A stretch of 64,000 nucleotides of DNA from Styela clava (Eukaryota): assembly GCF_964204865.1 (NCBI RefSeq), contig NC_135256.1, positions 15,314,001 to 15,378,000 on the forward strand. Direction: 5' to 3'. This document shows, one piece after another, positions 58,501-64,000 of the stretch (positions are counted from its first letter, which is position 1; every line of letters begins with the position of its first letter). A program made the translations under genes and the position numbers. The notes under the pieces were generated by a model. The model made no database searches and was not told the origin of the DNA. It saw only the letters and a list, made by a program, of their open reading frames with translations.

Positions 58501-61500
58501 TTTGTTAACAATGATGTGAAAAATTCTTCAAAGAAAAATCACGGTAAAGCACCACCAATGAAAACTGCTAGAGATGTTATTAATCGGTGAGAAAATTCTT
58601 TCCACATTCTCTAAATATTATTTGTTCACTTTTTTGGGGTGTCATGGGAAATTTGCCTGGTAAGCCATTCCATTCCATATGGATCTGAAATTGAATAGGA
58701 AAATAATAGTGATGAAATAAAATATTCATTACATGATTATTGATTGCCGGTAGTTATTTTTTTATCATGTGATCATTGAATAACTATTAGAATTTATAGC
58801 TCATTATTATTCTCTAATATGAGATTTGTGATTTGGGTGAGTCACTGATGCTCACACGTATGAGTATTGTTATGTCATTGTGTTTGTAAATGATAATAAA
58901 ATTTATGAGTAGGTCTATATGTGTGGCTTTCCGACCCACACTCCAAGTCTATTTTATTACATTAGTAGTTTTATTCAAATATCATATTATTATTATTTAT
59001 AGGAAACAATTAATTGAATCGTGTGGACTTACCAATTAGAAATATAAACCAGATCTTCGCAAACTCATTTAAGGATGACTCATTATGTACCTCAGCTTTG
59101 TAGCAACAAGGCTTTGAATACTTACCGTATATGCTCGTTTTACCGCCCGATCTTGATTAAGGGCCTGTTTGAATAGCCGCCCGTGTGAACAGAACATGAA
59201 AATAAATAAGGGCCGGTGCTTGAATACCCGCCCAATGTAAAAGCTGATTTTTCAGTGGTAGAGAACAATAGGAGATAAGAAGCGCTTTTGTCACAACGCT
59301 GTCAAATTTTAAGCGCTGGTAGATAACACTCACGCCTTTGGCGTCCAATTACATAACAGATAGCATTGATCACGTAACACCGTGGTTCTCAAACTGGACA
59401 TCGCGACACCCAAGTGCGTCGTTTCAATATTGATAGGGTGTCGCAAAACTTTTCTTCGTTTGCGGATTCGTACCTGCGGTACGTAGAAAAAGTCAAAATT
59501 TTCAGTATTCTCGTTTAAAATCATACTTGAGAACTGGAAATGACAATAGATTAATTATTGTAACGATCGATCTTATCTATATATATATGTTTTATTATAT
59601 ATTCTTATGTATAATTTCACTTTAAAAATAACAAGCGCTCGTGCTTGAATAAGGGCTGGTTTGGATAAGGGCTCGGTTAGTGAGTTTGGTTAAAAAAATA
59701 TGGGCCCGGGCTACAAAACGAGCAAATACGGTATGTATGCTTGTATTTAGACACACTGGATCGCCATAATTTTTCTTGTTTGACAAAGCTGAGTACCGTA
59801 CTAGTTAAATCATCTTGTTGGTATTGATTGACTTTTGAACTGACATCAGTATGAACAAGAGATCTCTAACCTTTGATGTCAAAAAACATTCACTCAAACA
59901 GACATGAGCTGAACTTATATCATGCTATGTCATTTAATATAGTATTAAGGTTTGCCTATTTGTTCAACGGGAAAAGAAGGCTAAGATGGCTCACAAAATT
60001 TGCCAAAAAGTTTAAATATTTATGGTTAACAAAAACGAAATCTCTTTATAACATTATCGCTCTGGTTAATGATAATTTACAAATACATTTTCTGTATCAT
60101 GGAAAAGGATCATTATGGTTAGGGCTGTCCAAGCGAACCAAATATTCGAAATCGAATCGAATCGCAAATTATTCGAATCGTTTTTCGGCTAATTTTCGAA
60201 TAGCTAAAATTAGGTACCGGTACATAAAGCGGAAACCACCTTTACGGGATGTTTTTCATCGGGCAAGCGGCGGCGCTCCGAGCTCAGACCACTCTCGCTC
60301 CCGGCTTGCTTAATTGGTTTCCCGATATTTCTCTCGCCTTCATTTTGTGATAAACATGTCATTACTAATGCCCGCCCGGTGGCACGTGATTAGCAATTTC
60401 ATGCGTGGTCATCATAACAAGGTATAGTCGATCGTGACGTTTTTGAGAGAGAACAAGGAGAAAAAGGAGACAATTTAGAAAACGATAGTTCTATAAATAG
60501 AATCGATTTGAAGCTGTTGAGTTAGTTATCATAGGAACATGGTACAGGCAACTCAAAGCTGAAACAGGTGTTTTGGGATCCTTATGATGGCAATACCTTC
60601 TTTAAATGGAATTTGTAATTTCTCATGATGGCATTACTGTATTATCCATCTATATACCAAGACAAATAATTGCACTCTTGCATTTTGATGGCTGTTGTAC
60701 ACTAACAATATTATAGTCCTCAAATAATATTGTCATCAAACTAGCTTGGAATTTTTAAATGCAATTTTGAACTTGAGCAACAGTTTTATCTATATTGATG
60801 GTTGTTATTATTTTGCTGAAATTTACACAAAAAAACATAAAGACTAGTGAATAGGATTAAAATAGCATCTACAAGCTTTATATGTCCTACTAAAACTGAA
60901 TCCATCAAAATTGAGATTGCAATTTTTGAATAGTGCAATTTTTACTCTTAACACTCAACAGTTTTCGAGACCCAAATTTTGGAGTTCTCCAATTTTTTTA
61001 ACCAGTTCATACAAGCGTGTGATCTCCTTTGATTTAACTGCACATACGTTACCACAACATCGAAGGGCAGGCGTTTATTGTATAATAGAGACAGATTTAC
61101 TATTGCGCAATAATATTCGATTATTCGGTTCGATTCGGCGAAAATATTCGATTCGATTCGAATCAAAAAATTATTCGATTTTGGACAGCCCTAATTATGG
61201 TATTATTAATTATAATTCTGACATTTTTGCTTAGGCATTTTTGTGGCAACTGCTTCATACAGATTTTAAGCAGAATTTTTTTATGCGGCGATTATTTACG
61301 GATTAAGGACTGGAATCTTTTGAGTTTGACATCGCATACCCAATTCATTACACTCTTGGGGGAGGTGGGGGTTATAGGATTTGAAGATGCGTAATCAAAT
61401 TAAATCAAACAAGGAAAAAGGACTTCATTATTATTATTAAAAGGACTTCAATACATGTTTATAATAACCATACTCTATTATTTCTGCAGTCTCAAATGGG

Positions 61501-64000
61501 ATGAACAATTAAAGAATGAAGAGTTTATAGTTGGCTATGAAGATCGTTTCAGAGGAATACTTGAGGTCCCTGTATTTGACTTAAATTGGCAAGATGATAT
61601 TTCAGCTACTGGTCCTGCTGATCAACTAACAATACCTGAGCACAGAGTTCAATATTTTAAATGGAATTCAGAAGTTATTTGGAAAAAAGAAAACAGGACT
61701 GATTTTGTATTTGGATCAACTGGAAGCAATATTGGAATTGTTGAATTTATGGAAAGGTTTCATTGTTAATAATATATGTTTTGCATTCATCATTTTTTTT
61801 ATCTTTTTGATCAAACTTGCTAGGGATTTCCAGAATATATAATCAAAATTGGGCACTCCAGAAGTATGTGAACCAATATGGAGGTAATTAATTTTGTTCG
61901 CCTATTTTACATCAAGTTGTGTAAATTGAATGAAGCCCATGGGAAGGGGGTATATTCACTTGGCTAACACAAACAATCCCCGAACTCGTAATAGAACTAA
62001 ACTAAGAAAAATCAGAATAAAATTATGGCCTAACGCAACCCAAACTGGTACACACACTAGGAGTACCCAATAATGTGTTATGAAATTGTTTTACTCTATT
62101 GGTAGCCATGCACACTCACTCATAAGTAATGGCAATTACTGAAATAACAATAGCTACTGAAGGTATACTATATGGCAAAAAAGTTTGTGATTGCGATGTA
62201 TTTTGTCTAAATCATTCAGTGCAGAGTTTTAGTAGTAAGATTAGTAACTGATACTTAAATTTAGAATTGAACAATTTTGCATTCATCTTACACATCCTAT
62301 GCCGCTGAACATCTTTGTTGGTCCTGTTCATGTCCATGCGTTTCTGGGATAGGTAATTCATTGCGAATATTTTTCATCAAAATTGGTACAAATAATTCCG
62401 TTTTTGGAAATGATTTTACTGATTTTATGTAATACAAACATATTTCATAACTTTTTCACTAAATATTTGTACCGATAGACAGCATGGAGCATACTTTTTC
62501 AATTTATTTAGATCCAAGCAAAGGTTAAAAATTGCAAGCAACACTTCAGAAGTTGAAGATTCCGATGTGAAGAATATATGTGATGACACAATTGATTGTG
62601 ATGCAGATAATGTTCAAAACTCAACGCCGGATGAAGTCGAAATCGCTGCAAAAAAAATTGTGGAGGATTTGCTTTCTGGAATTGAAAAGCTCAACATTTA
62701 TTCCTCAGGTCTTGGTCATATTTACATTCTTAGCATAACATTTCATTGATTACTCTTGTTACAATTTTAAATATTTACTTGTTATACATGTAACATCTTG
62801 ACACTTCATTGAGGACTCCTCCAGGAGCCTGAACATGGAACTGGTTATGACTTCAAGTCTTCAATCACTATTACTTTCAATGAAAATTTTCTTGCGTCTT
62901 AAAGCTGCTACAATGCCTCATTAATTGTTATTATATTATACTGTCTCCATATCTTATTTTGTTTCTTGTTTCAAACATTTTGGATCTAATACTATCTATA
63001 GGTACTAATAAATAGCCCATATCATTGAATACTCACCTGTGTTATAAAGCTGTTGAAGCATTTGATGAATACTATTATATATTGTTTTACTTGTCAATAG
63101 AGTCCATTAATAAGGGTTTAATTTTTTTTTAATCTGTGTAGCTATAATAAATATTTTTTGTCAGATTCAGCTGATGATCCTAAGAAAAGCAGTGAGCAAA
63201 ATGTTGAAACTGAATTGCCTGTTGAATCCACAGATACTGAAACTGGTTTGTATTCATTTTGTGTTATTAAATTTCATGATTCCAGAATCCAAGTCTTTGA
63301 ATTTTTAGATGAAAACTCTTTTTTTGAATTTCCTTAGAATGTTCGATGATGAAAATGATGGATTTTACTTCAGTTTGAAATTTTCAAATTTTTGTTTGTT
63401 AGATGAAGATTTACATATTTATCCCGGGGACGGCTCAATCATATGACGAACCACGGCCTCTCGTCCGGTTACCAGTCCATGTCAGGTTTGGGATTAGTTA
63501 GCCAGTTATTTGTTTCAGTTGCATGGACTTGATGGTGGAGGAAGTCGTAACCGATCAGCGGTTACATGAACCACCTTATGGATACAAGGAGTCCAGCCAT
63601 CCGCTCTCACATAATTATCCTCCCATGGAATTCGAACCTGCGAAACTATGCAGGATAATCAGAGGTGCAGTGATGAGCGTATTCCTAATGCTTAGCACGG
63701 TGTTACATCGCTGGCCAGCCTGTTGTTTACAGTACTTGCATGTATTTTATTTTTTCAGATCCTGGAGTAAGAGAAGTTCCAAATGGTAATTATCATAACA
63801 GGCACTCGTCTAGAGCAAACTCTTCTTTTTCTTATCGAAATGAAAGATCATCAAGAGATCATCATGAACATGGACCACGGAGATCTCGAGACAGTAGTCG
63901 TGATTCAGAAAGACGACGAAATGAACGAGATAGAAGTGAAAACAGGAACAAGAGAGAAGGTGATTGGATGCTTAGTTTTAGAACAATATTTCAGATCTGG
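55538..64000 (+). CDS. RWD-like + MJ1316/DUF504-domain protein (LENG9-like); 3' end outside the window
   Basis: In-frame exons 55538-55673, 58049-58586, 61490-61756, 62512-62708, 63165-63245 and 63759 onward. The N-terminus is RWD-like (EEEL...VYIPDNYP...[10 protein letters not shown]). The MJ1316 signature is [14 protein letters not shown]...[14 protein letters not shown]...[10 protein letters not shown]...[14 protein letters not shown]. Confidence 0.8.
55761..55960 (-). repeat. Retroposon 3' end (same family as 7020-7247) inside the hAT element
   Basis: The minus strand ends ...gtgaccgaataaaattgattgattc and aligns with 7020-7247. Confidence 0.7.
56211..56453 (-). pseudogene. SNRPG: Intronless SmG (snRNP G) copy with altered Sm motifs
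   Basis: [38 protein letters not shown]...MLEALER is clearly SmG. The conserved GILRGFD reads NILRRFD, and the Sm2 motif VVxRGNS reads [10 protein letters not shown] through +8 and +1 nt insertions. There are no introns. Confidence 0.85.
57325..57510 (+). mobile_element. 5'-truncated SINE family 1 copy
   Basis: gtggttcacg...ttcctccaccatcaagtccatgcttccgaaaa...ggttcgccatatgatt...taaatcctatcctat aligns to 55065-55264. Confidence 0.85.
59125..59731. mobile_element. TA-flanked pogo/Tigger-like MITE with a nested hAT-like fragment
   Basis: TIRs ccgtatatgctcgtttt / aaaacgagcaaatacgg with TA on both sides. The internal ccgtggttctcaaact at ~59380 resembles a hAT MITE 5' end. Confidence 0.7.
60120..61193. 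mobile_element. hAT non-autonomous element (1074 bp) with subterminal ATCGA/TTCGA repeats
   Basis: Perfect 13-bp TIRs tagggctgtccaa / ttggacagcccta, perfect 8-bp TSD attatggt (60112-60119 and 61194-61201), and arrays of cgaat / attcg near both ends. Confidence 0.92.
61851..62068. mobile_element. MITE, same family as 41589-41801
   Basis: ctccagaagtatgtgaaccaatatgg... with shared internal ccccgaactcgtaatagaactaaa, aataaaattatggcctaac and ctggtacaca; ends ggagtaccc. Confidence 0.7.
63408..63720 (-). mobile_element. Near full-length SINE family 1 copy, reverse orientation
   Basis: Reverse complement of 54915-55250 (gatttacatatttatcc...gaaccacggcctctcgtccg...ttcgaacctgcga...ctaatgcttagcacg). Confidence 0.85.

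Noticed and set aside
60120-61193. Short repeated ATCGA/TTCGA units as a CRISPR-like array
   Set aside because: Eukaryotic context, no repeat-spacer periodicity; these are hAT subterminal motifs.
59873-61394. ORFs of 65-146 aa overlapping the 60120-61193 element
   Set aside because: They cross TIR boundaries, translate subterminal repeats and show no transposase motifs.

Overview
AT-rich, intron-containing animal genomic DNA, most likely an ascidian (tunicate). The inference rests on an ascidian-type short troponin I, operon-like gene packing and compact GT-AG introns; the species cannot be fixed from sequence alone. Genes in order: a 5'-truncated TPR gene resembling FANCG (+), LZIC (-), LMBR1-family (+), HPF1 (-), RPB1/POLR2A (+, 29 coding exons, CTD with 23 consecutive perfect YSPTSPS), GPN2 (-), EMC5/MMGT1 (-), a C-terminally short troponin I (+), an orphan 6-exon gene (-), and a 3'-truncated RWD-like + MJ1316/DUF504 (LENG9-like) gene (+). 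Non-autonomous DNA transposons (hAT-like with 8-bp TSDs, TA-flanked MITEs, one 9-bp-TSD element) and tRNA-derived SINEs are dense. Three observations stand out. First, a 1062-bp hAT element carries an intronless SmG (SNRPG) copy with compensating frameshifts, joined in the same orientation to a retroposon 3' tail. Second, EMC5 and GPN2 are only 52 nt apart with a splice acceptor between them, a likely SL trans-spliced operon, and GPN2 lies tail-to-tail with its client RPB1. Third, a FANCG-like gene likely overlaps LZIC at its 3' end. All gene models were built by eye and no database searches were run.
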